In this document: in pieces, positions 1 to 9,174 of the stretch
Numbering within the stretch: the first letter of the stretch is position 1
How the letters are laid out: each line of letters opens with the position of its first letter
Virus record (IMG/VR): IMGVR_UViG_3300013815_000001
Length of the DNA stretch: 64,000 bases
DNA from: an uncultured virus (IMG/VR IMGVR_UViG_3300013815_000001)
Lineage: Duplodnaviria > Heunggongvirae > Uroviricota > Caudoviricetes
Reading direction: 5' to 3' (one strand)
Notes under the pieces: model-generated
The model's input: only the letters and a program-made list of their open reading frames with translations
Database searches by the model: none
Told to the model about the DNA's origin: nothing
Translations under genes and position numbers: made by a program

Positions 1-32
1 GCGATACCAGCGGCGAAATTCGTCGTTTTCAT
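1..32 (-). CDS. lysC: o-spanin LysC/Rz1-like, 5' end only
   Basis: GAGG RBS then ATG AAA ACG ACG AAT TTC GCC GCT GGT ATC (MKTTNFAAGI), nested in lysB as in P2-like phages. Confidence 0.6.
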   Translation of the reverse strand, partial: MKTTNFAAGI

Positions 33-300
33 TGAGTAACCTCATGATGGTCTGTTCCTGTCGCTGCGCCGCCTCGCGCGCGGCGTCGAGCTGGCCGCGC
101 AGCTTCACCTGCGCCCGCTCGTTGTTATCCGCCAGGCTGACAGCCACGTTGAGCTGATTTTTCAGCATTCCGATTTGTCTTTTCTGGCCGTCGGCTAAGT
201 GATTCGCCTTTTCAAAGCTTCGCGAGAGCGTGCTGTTTTCGCGCCCCAGCCAGACCAGACCGGCGAGCGCCAGCAGAAGTAAAACGATCAGCGTTTTCAT
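1..300 (-). CDS. lysB: i-spanin LysB (partial, runs off window)
   Basis: ATG at 300 overlapping the endolysin stop; MKTLIVLLLLALAGLVWLG N-terminal TM helix followed by coiled coil. Confidence 0.85.
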   Translation of the reverse strand, partial: MKTLIVLLLLALAGLVWLGRENSTLSRSFEKANHLADGQKRQIGMLKNQLNVAVSLADNNERAQVKLRGQLDAAREAAQRQEQTIMRLLNENDEFRRWYR

Positions 301-806
301 GATGCTCCTTTCAGGCACAGCGCCCGCTCACGGGCGCGGCGGTTTTCAAGTCCGGGGTTGCGCACGCCGTTGACATACACCCAGCGGGGGAGCTGGTCGC
401 ACGCCTGCGCCCACTTTTTCGCGTTGATAAACCCCATCAGCGTTGACCGGCAGGCCGCGCCGGTGCCGACGTTAAAGGCGAAACTGACCACCGCGTCATA
501 AACCGGCTGCGGCATGGAGACCGGCGCGCAGACCGCGAGCGCTTTCTCCACCTTCAGCACGTCGCCGACCAGGTTTACGGCGGCCTCACGTTCGGTAATA
601 TCCCTCGTCGGCACCACCCCTGCCGTGTGACCGATGCCCGACGTCCAGACGCCGGCGCTGCACTGGTAGGGCTTGAGGCGGCACCCCTCCAGATCGCCAA
701 TCAGCGCGAGCCCCTGCGGTGAGGTATGCAGGCGCCCGTAATCGGGTAGCAGCGCGGTCAGCGCCAGCACGGCGCCCACGGCACAGCGTTTAACGATTGA
801 GTTCAC
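297..806 (-). CDS. endolysin, GH24 lysozyme (possibly SAR type)
   Basis: EGCRLKPYQCSAGVWTSGIGHT catalytic E-x8-C-x5-T motif; FNVG; hydrophobic N-terminus. Confidence 0.93.
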   Translation of the reverse strand: MNSIVKRCAVGAVLALTALLPDYGRLHTSPQGLALIGDLEGCRLKPYQCSAGVWTSGIGHTAGVVPTRDITEREAAVNLVGDVLKVEKALAVCAPVSMPQPVYDAVVSFAFNVGTGAACRSTLMGFINAKKWAQACDQLPRWVYVNGVRNPGLENRRARERALCLKGAS

Positions 807-1005
807 GGATAACCTCCTCTTTGCGCGCGGTGCGAAACAGCATCTCTTTGCGCCGGTAATACCAGTTCACGGCCACCGTGACGGCGACGCCGAACATGCC
901 GAAATAGGCGGCGACGTCCTGCGGCGTCATGGCACCGAAAAAGGCCAGCAGGACGGAAAGCCAGTAGGCTAAAAAGGTGCTGATTTTTTCCATGGTTAAT
1001 CCCAT
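790..1005 (-). CDS. holin (HP1-type)
   Basis: 71 aa, two hydrophobic segments, basic C-terminus NWYYRRKE, directly upstream of endolysin. Confidence 0.85.
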   Translation of the reverse strand: MGLTMEKISTFLAYWLSVLLAFFGAMTPQDVAAYFGMFGVAVTVAVNWYYRRKEMLFRTARKEEVIRELNR

Positions 1006-1199
1006 AAGTTGATGCTCTCAGCGGTGGGCGCCGGCGCGATATCAGGCAGCTCGACCGCCGTGCCGTGGGGCAGAACGGCGCCGAGCTCGGCAAGGCCCGG
1101 ATTGGCAGTCAGCACCGTCTCGACAACCCCCTCGGTGCGCCCGTAATGGCGCGCGCAGATCGCATCGAGCGTGTCGCCCTGTAACGCGAAGGTTTTCAT
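996..1199 (-). CDS. X: P2 gpX tail protein (LysM-like)
   Basis: MKTFALQGDTLDAICARHYGRTEGVVETVLTANPGLAELG; start moved to ATG at 1199. Confidence 0.92.
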   Translation of the reverse strand: MKTFALQGDTLDAICARHYGRTEGVVETVLTANPGLAELGAVLPHGTAVELPDIAPAPTAESINLWD

Positions 1200-1693
1200 C
1201 AGATTTGCCCTATGATGCAGTGCGGCCTGTCCTGAAGGCGGGCCACCGACCAGCGCATATCCCGCCACAGCTCATCGACCGTACTGTCGATGCTGTCGGC
1301 CTTTTTATCCCCTTTACCGCTGGCGTCGGCGCCGCGATAGCGCCCGTAAAGCGAGGCGGTCGCCATCGCACTGACGGCACGCAGATACAGGAAAATCCGC
1401 ACGCTTTCGCCGTCGAGCACATCCGCCGGCACGTCAGCAAGACGCTTATATCCGGCGCCCTGCTGCGTGCGGCGGTATTCCGTCAGCTCGGCGTTGGTTT
1501 CCGCGATGCCGGCACAGATGGCCTCGCGAACGCGCGCCGGCGAAAAGGTCTGCTCAAGGCGCATCAGCTCGCGGACCCGCTTCGGCTCCACGTCGGGAAA
1601 AAACGGGGTGTTCTTAATCACCGGCTCATCACCGGACGGCGTGAGGTCTGCCGGCCCGCCAGGCTGCTCCTCGCCGCTGATAATCCGCATCAT
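1199..1693 (-). CDS. L: P2 gpL head completion protein
   Basis: IKNTPFFPDV...YLRAV...DELWRDMRWSVARLQDRPHCIIGQI; position after gpM. Confidence 0.92.
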   Translation of the reverse strand: MMRIISGEEQPGGPADLTPSGDEPVIKNTPFFPDVEPKRVRELMRLEQTFSPARVREAICAGIAETNAELTEYRRTQQGAGYKRLADVPADVLDGESVRIFLYLRAVSAMATASLYGRYRGADASGKGDKKADSIDSTVDELWRDMRWSVARLQDRPHCIIGQI

Positions 1694-1788
1694 TACTTTC
1701 TCCTGTCAGGGTGGGCGGTGGACGCCGGTTGCAGACCGGGTAAAACCCGCATTGACCGGCGTGCCGCCCTGGCGCGTGGCGCATTCTG

Positions 1789-2535
1789 TTAAACGGCGTT
1801 TTTCCTCGGGCGGCCGCGTTTTGCGGGCGTCGCGGATCGCGTTGTCTTTTTACGGGGCGCGGCGGGCTTTGCCGCCGGCCTGGCGGGTTTCGGTTGCAGC
1901 TCCCGGTCGAGGCGCTCAATCTCTTTTTTCACGCCCGCCTGTGCGTCGAGCTGCATCGCGCGGCGCAGGTGCTCCAGCGCGACGGCAGACTCTCCGGCGT
2001 CGCGCAGCACAAGGCCGGTGACCTTATGCAGCTTCGCGCGTACCTGGTCGGGCATATCCGCGGCCTGCGTGAGCGCCAGCGTATCGGTCAGGAGCGCCGT
2101 GCTGACCGCCTCGCCGGCGGCATGGGCGCGCATCGCGGCGAGCGCCACCTCCTCGGTAAAGAGGTATGCGGGCGCGCGGCGGTGCTGGCCGGGCATGGTC
2201 AGGCCGTAGCGCAGGGCATAGCGGGCGATATCGAGCGCGCCGGCAATGTCGCCGGCATCAAGACGCCAGAGCATGACCGTCATCAGAATGTCGTCCTGCG
2301 CGCCTTTGCCCTGCTGAAGTACGCCGGTGATTCACGGCTGATAGAACGGCAGCAGCTCGCGCTTTTTCTCCGCCTTGCGCTCGGTGGAATGGATGTGTTT
2401 AAGGGTGCGTTGGTCGGCGGCCAGCTTAACCAGCATCTGCTCGTAAGCAGTGGCATGGCGCAGCGGGTTATCCTGCCGCTGCGCGGTTTCACTGGCCGAG
2501 ACCCGCATCATGTGACGCTGTGCGGGGCTCGTCAT
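1789..2535 (-). pseudogene. M: P2 gpM terminase endonuclease subunit, interrupted by in-frame TGA at 2332-2334
   Basis: ORFs 2332-2535 and 1789-2283 are in frame, joined by 16 sense codons (ITGVLQQGKGAQDDIL); LLPFYQP* where P2-family gpM has PW (TGG->TGA). Confidence 0.88.
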
Positions 2536-2538
2536 GGC

Positions 2539-3590
2539 TTAGCCTTCCTGCGCCAGGTTGGTGGCTTCCTGCGCCGGGGCGGCGGCTGCCTGCGCGGTCG
2601 TGGTGAAGGTGCCGACCTTGATATGTTCCACCAGGCAGCCGGCGGCGTAGTCTTCCACCACGTAATCGATATTCATCGACTCGTAGTTTTCCACGCGGTC
2701 GAGCTTCGCGTTTTCCTCGATAACGCGGCGGTGGCTCTCATCCATGAAGTAGATAGAGAGGTTTTCCAGCGTGGTGATCATCAGCGCATCCGGCGGGAAA
2801 TACGGCACGCGCACCGCCGGCAGGTTGCCGATGCGTTTCTGGCTGACAATGACGTTAGCGGCCAGCATGTCGCTGTTATCCTGCTGCTTATTGACCAGCG
2901 GGAAGTATTTGTCGGCCAGCAGCTGACGACCGCAGATAACCACCATGTCCGGGTTTTCCTGGTGCCACGGCGCAATCATGGTATTGGTCGCATCCATAAC
3001 CAGCGCATCGAGGTTTTCATAGTCGCCGCCCTTGCCGACGCGGATCACGTCAGACACAACTTCTCCGCTTTCAGCCGTGACCTTACCCATCACGCGCGCC
3101 GGCGCCTGGATGCGGTACTTCTGAAGCCAGCCCACCGCCACATCCTGAAGCATCGGGTTTTCAGCGCGGTCAGACGTTGGCGCACGCTTCACGCCGTTAA
3201 AGCCGGCCATGATGAAGTCGAGCGCCTGGCGCTTGATGATGGCGTTGCGGATACGCAGCTGGAAATCCTGAAAACGCGCCCACAGGTCGAGGGTTTTGTA
3301 GCGCAGGTGAAAGTCGAAGTTAATCTGATCGCACTCGTACTTGTTGGACTCCAGCGCGGCGAAATCCCCGGTTTCGCGGGCATGGCCATTCGCGGTGTCT
3401 GCGGTGCTGGCGATGGAGCCGGTAACGCCGACGCCAATCTTTTCGCCCCTGAGTTCGCTCACCGGCACGATGTTGATTTTCGTCAGAAACTCCGAGGATT
3501 CCTGCACGGTATCCNNNNNNNNNNGATACCGTTCAGCTCGGCAATACGGGAGAGGTAGGCATTAAATTTAAAGCGGGTTTCCTGGCGCAT
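2539..3590 (-). CDS. N: P2 gpN major capsid protein (N gap at 3515-3524)
   Basis: Start MRQETRFKFNAYLSRIAELNGI at 3590, continuing QESSEFLTKINIVPV...ENYESMNIDYVVEDY after the gap. Confidence 0.93.
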
Positions 3591-3642
3591 GGTTTTTCCT
3601 GTTGTCAGGTGAATTTACGGGTGTGCGTGCCGGCGTGGCCGG

Positions 3643-4497
3643 TCAGCAGTTGGTCGACAGCGAATCGCCTTCGCCGCCGGTCGCCTGCGTGCGGCGGGGC
3701 TGCGTAAAGCTCTCGGTATTGTCGAGCGAGTTTTTCAGGGCGGTGAACGCCTGGCTGGTCTGCGCGGTCTGGCTGGTCACGTCCTGCTTCAGCGCGCTGA
3801 AGGCGTTTTCCATCGCGGCGATGCGTTGCTCGGTGGCGCTCAGATTTTCCTGCACGTGCTCGGTGACGGTAGTCACCGCTTCATGCACGTCTTTAAAGCG
3901 CGCGTCGTCGTTCGCCTGCTTGCGGCTGAAGATGGCTTTAACCTTGTCGGTCAGCGCCGTGAAAACCGTTTCGGGCTGGTCTTCAAATTCCAGCTCCGCC
4001 AGGGTGGCGGCGGAAATCAGGTTTTCCGGACTCGCTTTAAAGCGGTTAAGGGGACTGGATTTGGCGGTGCGGCAGAATTCGAGGTATTCGGTGCCGAGGC
4101 TTGCCGGATCGTCCGTCACGGCCAGGCCGACCAGATAGCATTTGCCGCTGTTGGCAAAGTTCGGCTGGATTTCCATCGAGGTGTAAACCTTCTGGCCCTT
4201 GCCGACCATGTCGACCAGGTTGTCGAGCGGGGCGATTTTCGCAAACAGCGCCCATTTGCCGTTAAGCGCGGAATCGTCATCAATCTTTTCGGCTTTCAGA
4301 TCGACCACATCGCCATAGCGGTTAAAGACGCCATCGGGCAGGATGCCGCGCAGATGCTCCAGATTGATGCGGCAACCATAGACGCGCGGATCAAAGCTCG
4401 CGGCCATTTCCTGAATATCACCGGCACTGATGACGCGACCGTCGCAGGTGTCGCCCTCGACGCCGATACGAAAGAATTTTGAGACTTTTTTTGCCAT
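3643..4497 (-). CDS. O: P2 gpO capsid scaffolding protein/protease
   Basis: MAKKVSKFFRIGVEGDTCDGR...YLVGLAVTDDPASLGTE. Confidence 0.94.
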   Translation of the reverse strand: MAKKVSKFFRIGVEGDTCDGRVISAGDIQEMAASFDPRVYGCRINLEHLRGILPDGVFNRYGDVVDLKAEKIDDDSALNGKWALFAKIAPLDNLVDMVGKGQKVYTSMEIQPNFANSGKCYLVGLAVTDDPASLGTEYLEFCRTAKSSPLNRFKASPENLISAATLAELEFEDQPETVFTALTDKVKAIFSRKQANDDARFKDVHEAVTTVTEHVQENLSATEQRIAAMENAFSALKQDVTSQTAQTSQAFTALKNSLDNTESFTQPRRTQATGGEGDSLSTNC

Positions 4498-4663
4498 TGT
4501 CAGGAGTCCTGATAGTGGGGTTACGGGTTCGGGGTTAGTTTCCCGGCGCCGCGTTTCCTTCGCTATCAATCCCGGATGGATAAGCCGCCACACAACAGCG
4601 CCTTAGCGAATCGCCGGGCGCGCTTAAGTAGCCTTGCCGTGTACCACTTACGGCGAGGCTTTC

Positions 4664-6433
4664 ATGACCATCACCACCGACACCACGCTTTTAAACGACC
4701 CGCGACGACAGGCGGCGCTGCTTTACTGGCAGGGCTTTTCCGTGCCGCAAATCGCGGAAATGCTGAAAATAAAACGCCCCACCGTGCAGAGCTGGAAGCA
4801 GCGCGACGGATGGGATGAGACGGCCCCCATTCAGCGCGTCGAAAACACCCTTGAGGCGCGGCTGATTCAGCTTTATGCAAAGCCCGAGCTGACCGCGCAC
4901 GACTTTAAAGTCGCGGATTTTCTCTCGCGCCAGATGGAGCGCCTCGCCAGGGTGAACCGCTACGGCCACACCGGCAACGAGGCGGATTTAAATCCCAACG
5001 TGGCGAACCGCAACAAGGGCGACCGCCGCAAACCGAAAAAGAATTTCTTCAGCGAGGACGCGATTGAGAAACTCAGGGAGATTTTTTTTGAGGAGTCTTT
5101 CGACTATCAGTTGCGCTGGCACAGGGCCGGGTTAGAGCACCGCATTCGTGACATTCTCAAATCGCGCCAGATTGGCGCCACGTTCTACTTTTCCCGCGAG
5201 GCGCTGCTGCGCGCGCTGGAAACCGGCCATAACCAGATATTTTTATCCGCCTCCAAAACACAGGCGTATGTGTTCCGCGAATACATCATCCAGTTTGCGC
5301 GCCGGGTGGATGTGGAGCTGTCAGGCGATCCGATTGTCATCGGCAATAACGGTGCCAAACTGATTTTTCTCGGCACCAATTCAAACACCGCACAGAGCCA
5401 TAACGGCGACCTGTATGTCGATGAGATTTTCTGGATACCGAATTTCCAGCGGCTGCGTAAGGTTGCCTCGGGCATGGCGTCGCAGAAACACCTGCGCTCG
5501 ACCTATTTCTCGACGCCCTCCACCCTCGGGCATGGCGCGTTTCCTTTCTGGTCTGGCGAGCTATTCAACAAGGGCCGCACCTCAGCAGATGAGCGCGTGG
5601 ATATCGATATCAGCCACGCGGCGCTCGCTGGCGGCATGCTGTGCGGGGATGGTCAGTGGCGCCAGATTGTCACCATCGAGGACGCGCTCGCCGGCGGCTG
5701 CGACCTGTTCGATCTGGACGCGCTGAAGCGGGAAAACAGCGCCGAGGATTTCCGCAATCTCTTCATGTGCGAGTTCGTAGACGACAAAGCCTCAGTGTTT
5801 CCGTTCGAGGAGCTGCAACGCTGCATGGTCGACAGCCTGGAGGAATGGGAAGATTTCTCGCCCTACGCGGCGCGTCCGTTCGGCTCGCGCCCGGTGTGGA
5901 TTGGCTACGACCCGTCGCATACCGGCGACTCCGCCGGCTGCGTGGTGCTGGCGCCGCCGGTTGTCTCGGGCGGCAAGTTCCGCATTCTGGAGCGCCACCA
6001 GTGGAAAGGCATGGACTTCGCCACCCAGGCGCAGGCCATCCGCGAGCTCACTGAAAAATATCAGGTCGAGTACATCGGTATCGATGCGACCGGCATCGGG
6101 CAGGGCGTGTTTCAGCTTGTGCGCGCCTTCTGGCCTGCCGCACGCGAAATTCGCTACAGCCCGGAAGTCAAAACCGCGATGGTGCTGAAGGCAAAAGACA
6201 CCATCAGCCGCGGCTGTCTGGAGTACGACGCCGGCGCCACGGATATCACGCAGTCCTTCATGGCTATCCGCAAGACCATGACCAGCAGCGGGCGCAGCGC
6301 CACCTACGAGGCGAGCCGCAGCGAGGAAGCGAGTCATGCGGATGTTGCGTGGGCCACCATGCACGCCCTGTTAAACGAGCCGCTGACCGCCGGGAACGGC
6401 CAGGCATCATCTTCAATTCTGGAGTTTTACTGA
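4664..6433 (+). CDS. P: P2 gpP terminase ATPase subunit
   Basis: MTITTDTTLLNDPRRQAALLYWQG; KSRQIGAT Walker A, LYVDE Walker B, WIGYDP nuclease motif. Confidence 0.96.
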   Translation: MTITTDTTLLNDPRRQAALLYWQGFSVPQIAEMLKIKRPTVQSWKQRDGWDETAPIQRVENTLEARLIQLYAKPELTAHDFKVADFLSRQMERLARVNRYGHTGNEADLNPNVANRNKGDRRKPKKNFFSEDAIEKLREIFFEESFDYQLRWHRAGLEHRIRDILKSRQIGATFYFSREALLRALETGHNQIFLSASKTQAYVFREYIIQFARRVDVELSGDPIVIGNNGAKLIFLGTNSNTAQSHNGDLYVDEIFWIPNFQRLRKVASGMASQKHLRSTYFSTPSTLGHGAFPFWSGELFNKGRTSADERVDIDISHAALAGGMLCGDGQWRQIVTIEDALAGGCDLFDLDALKRENSAEDFRNLFMCEFVDDKASVFPFEELQRCMVDSLEEWEDFSPYAARPFGSRPVWIGYDPSHTGDSAGCVVLAPPVVSGGKFRILERHQWKGMDFATQAQAIRELTEKYQVEYIGIDATGIGQGVFQLVRAFWPAAREIRYSPEVKTAMVLKAKDTISRGCLEYDAGATDITQSFMAIRKTMTSSGRSATYEASRSEEASHADVAWATMHALLNEPLTAGNGQASSSILEFY

Positions 6434-7467
6434 TGAGTAAACGTAAAAACCGGCGGCGCGATAACCGCGCGGCCCCGACCAACACCGGCGCGCAAAAAAT
6501 GGAAGCCTTCACGTTTGGCGAGCCGACGCCGGTACTCGATCGCCGCGATATTCTCGATTATGTCGAGTGCATCAGTAACGGCAAATGGTACGAGCCGCCC
6601 GTCAGCTTCGCCGGCCTGGCAAAAAGCCTGCGTGCCGCCGTGCATCACAGCTCGCCGATTTACGTGAAGCGCAACATTCTGGCAAGCACGTTTATTCCGC
6701 ACCCGTTGTTATCACAGCAGGATTTCAGCCGCTTCGTGCTGGATTTTCTGGTGTTCGGTAATGCCTTTCTTGAGGCGCGAAAAAGCGTGACCGGCAAAGT
6801 TATCAGGCTGGATTCCTCGCCGGCGAAATATACGCGGCGCGGCGTGGAGGAGGATGTGTACTGGTGGGTGCCGGGTTTTTCGCAGCCGCAGCAGTTTGAA
6901 CCGGGCTCGGTGTTTCACCTGCTTGAGCCGGACATTAACCAGGAGCTTTACGGGATGCCGGAATATCTCAGTGCGCTTAACTCGGCCTGGCTGAACGAAT
7001 CCGCGACGCTGTTTCGCCGCAAGTATTACCAGAACGGCGCGCACGCGGGGTACATCATGTACGTGACCGACGCGGCGCAGAGCAGCACCGACGTTGAGGC
7101 AATGCGCGATGCGATGCGCAGCTCGAAAGGGCTCGGCAATTTTAAGAACCTGTTTTTCTACGCGCCGAACGGAAAGCCGGACGGGATTAAAATCGTGCCG
7201 TTAAGCGAGGTCGCCACCAAAGACGACTTTTTTAATATTAAAAAGGTGAGCGCGTCTGACATGCTCGATGCGCACCGCATCCCGTTTCAGCTCATGGGCG
7301 GCAAGCCCGAGAACGTCGGCAGCATGGGCGATATCGAGAAGGTGGCAAAGGTGTTTGTGCGCAACGAGCTTATTCCGTTGCAGGACCGGATCAGGGAAGT
7401 GAATCACTGGGCAGGAATGGAAGTGATCCGCTTTAAAACCTACTCGCTGGACGACAGCAGCGATTAA
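6433..7467 (+). CDS. Q: P2 gpQ portal protein
   Basis: TGATG overlap with gpP; MEAFTFGEPTPVLDRRDILDY, YGMPEYLSALNSAWLNESATLFRRKYY. Confidence 0.96.
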   Translation: MSKRKNRRRDNRAAPTNTGAQKMEAFTFGEPTPVLDRRDILDYVECISNGKWYEPPVSFAGLAKSLRAAVHHSSPIYVKRNILASTFIPHPLLSQQDFSRFVLDFLVFGNAFLEARKSVTGKVIRLDSSPAKYTRRGVEEDVYWWVPGFSQPQQFEPGSVFHLLEPDINQELYGMPEYLSALNSAWLNESATLFRRKYYQNGAHAGYIMYVTDAAQSSTDVEAMRDAMRSSKGLGNFKNLFFYAPNGKPDGIKIVPLSEVATKDDFFNIKKVSASDMLDAHRIPFQLMGGKPENVGSMGDIEKVAKVFVRNELIPLQDRIREVNHWAGMEVIRFKTYSLDDSSD

Positions 7468-7471
7468 AGCA

Positions 7472-7493
7472 GGCCGCCGGGAGGCGGCTTTTT
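7472..7493 (+). terminator. intrinsic terminator after gpQ
   Basis: GCCGCC-GGGA-GGCGGC followed by TTTTT. Confidence 0.8.
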
Positions 7494-7635
7494 CGCACCC
7501 CGCCGCATACGCGCTCAGACGCACCACACGCCCCGCATCAGCACGCACGTCTCATCATCCGCCCCGACAGCACAGCGCCTCACAGCGAGGCGCTGGCGCG
7601 CGTTATTTTAAATCGTGCACACCCCGCAGCGCGCA

Positions 7636-7654
7636 ATGCTATCCCCGCCTCGCC
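7636..7654 (-). other. P2-type cos site (19 nt)
   Basis: Reverse complement GGCGAGGCGGGGATAGCAT versus P2 cohesive end GGCGAGGCGGGGAAAGCAC (17/19), just downstream of gpQ. Confidence 0.88.
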
Positions 7655-7655
7655 T

Positions 7656-7690
7656 GCCCGCTTCATGGGTCGGTTTTAATGCAGTTGCAT
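7656..7690 (+). repeat. cos-proximal direct repeat, copy 1
   Basis: GCCCGCTTCATGGGTCGGTTTTAATGCAGTTGCAT; copy at 9052-9086 differs by one base. Confidence 0.9.
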
Positions 7691-7814
7691 CAGCAACCCC
7701 GAGCCGCGCCAGCACTCGCACGAGACCGCATACACGCTTTACAGCAACGCATGCAAACAAATGCATCCAATGCATGCATCTGTCTGAGTGGTGTTTATCA
7801 CGATTTAATATGGC

Positions 7815-8078
7815 TTAATTACCCTTGATGCGTACTAAATAACGGTAAAATTTACTCACTGCATATACGCTGAGAATCCCGATCAGTATTGACGATACAC
7901 CAATGAAAATTATCGCCGTCAGGAAAGGGCTAAATAAACCGCCCAAACTTGTAAAGTCCCCAAGGCTAGCAAGCATATCAGTTGGAACTTTCCTTAAGAT
8001 AATCTCGGGAATTATTAGAAGAGCAATAATCGCAGCTATAACATAAATCAGTATTTTACCACTCTTTTTCATCTTCAT
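7815..8078 (-). CDS. small two-TM membrane protein (hotspot cargo)
   Basis: 87 aa AT-rich ORF with two hydrophobic helices, divergent from the 8143 gene. Confidence 0.7.
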   Translation of the reverse strand: MKMKKSGKILIYVIAAIIALLIIPEIILRKVPTDMLASLGDFTSLGGLFSPFLTAIIFIGVSSILIGILSVYAVSKFYRYLVRIKGN

Positions 8079-8142
8079 CCTTGCCTCTGCTAGTGACCAT
8101 GATCAATCATTAACCGTAAATGTTACAACAAGGTACATAGAA

Positions 8143-8853
8143 ATGGCAGAAAACTATCTCAAATTGAAAGCGCAGTCAGACCAAAGGCTAGCGATTGCTT
8201 TAACTAAAGCTGTGAAAGAGGTCTATGCCACTCACATGCAAACCGTTGAAGACATTAAGCTTGGCAGCCAGCGTATTATTAACTATGGCTCATGTGTAAT
8301 GCCTGACAAATACTACAGAAGCACATGCCATGAACAATGGGGTGAAGATAAGCGTTTATATTGGGCTGTGTTGGAAATCTTTCATAGAAACGACGTTGTT
8401 CTCGATATGGTTGAGCTTTATTTCCAGAAAGCCTTTAAGCGTCTCGGAGACCAAAAAAGCAACAGCCTCGTATCTTATATAAAGCAAAAAATCGGTGAGA
8501 AAGCATATGACTCAGCTGAACGTACGAGCAAAATGGCTCTTTCATTGACAATTGCCAAATTAATTGTAAGTAGTGGAAAGTTCCAGGAATCTTACATTCA
8601 AAAAGTTAATGAAATGTCCAGCTGGCTTATTAAAGTAGTGACCATCTATTCTAAGGCAGAAGTGGCAGCATTGGCTGCAAACAAACTTAAATTTCAGGAT
8701 GCAGCTTATTACCAGATACTCTTTCGTGAAAAGATAGAAATGTTATACTTCCTTATCGAACCACAAATGTCTAAAATAATATACCAAGTTGAGTCCGGGG
8801 GTAATAACGAAGAAGTTATTGGTGATGCTTTATATGAAATGCTAAAAAGATGA
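8143..8853 (+). CDS. hypothetical helical protein (hotspot cargo)
   Basis: 236 aa AT-rich ORF with AAGG RBS; no motif recognised. Confidence 0.8.
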   Translation: MAENYLKLKAQSDQRLAIALTKAVKEVYATHMQTVEDIKLGSQRIINYGSCVMPDKYYRSTCHEQWGEDKRLYWAVLEIFHRNDVVLDMVELYFQKAFKRLGDQKSNSLVSYIKQKIGEKAYDSAERTSKMALSLTIAKLIVSSGKFQESYIQKVNEMSSWLIKVVTIYSKAEVAALAANKLKFQDAAYYQILFREKIEMLYFLIEPQMSKIIYQVESGGNNEEVIGDALYEMLKR

Positions 8854-9026
8854 AAAAATTATTCACCTTTTTGTGGGCTGCGCACTCCCACCTGGTCCCA
8901 ATTGCAATTATCCTTGCAGGGGCCTTTTTGTTTATTTATTTCATTGAGGAGTATTCAGGAGTACTCACTTTCTTATGGTTTATTATCGTTACATTTTTTT
9001 ACATCAAATACAACCGCTGGTATTGA
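8850..9026 (+). CDS. 58-aa two-TM membrane protein (not in ORF track)
   Basis: ATGA overlap with upstream gene; MKKLFTFLWAAHSHLVPIAIILAGAFLFIYFIEEYSGVLTFLWFIIVTFFYIKYNRWY. Confidence 0.75.
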   Translation: MKKLFTFLWAAHSHLVPIAIILAGAFLFIYFIEEYSGVLTFLWFIIVTFFYIKYNRWY

Positions 9027-9051
9027 TGGTGATCTGATCCGTGCCTCACCG

Positions 9052-9086
9052 GCCCGCTTCATGGGTCGGTTTTAATGCAGGTGCAT
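9052..9086 (+). repeat. cos-proximal direct repeat, copy 2
   Basis: GCCCGCTTCATGGGTCGGTTTTAATGCAGGTGCAT, 34/35 identical to 7656-7690. Confidence 0.9.
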
Positions 9087-9174
9087 TACCCCGAAGATTC
9101 ACCCCAGGGCTGGGGTGATAGAATTATCAGAACATATGAAGATAAATGCAAATTCATGTACTAAGGAGATGCAA

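Noticed and set aside
3515..3524. Apparent disruption of gpN
   Set aside because: It is an N-run assembly gap; both flanks encode normal gpN sequence
1894..3558. 554-aa plus-strand ORF and similar long antisense ORFs (e.g. 28552-29430, 31761-32612, 43989-45116, 45168-46136)
   Set aside because: Shadow frames opposite well-recognised GC-rich phage genes; no motifs or RBS
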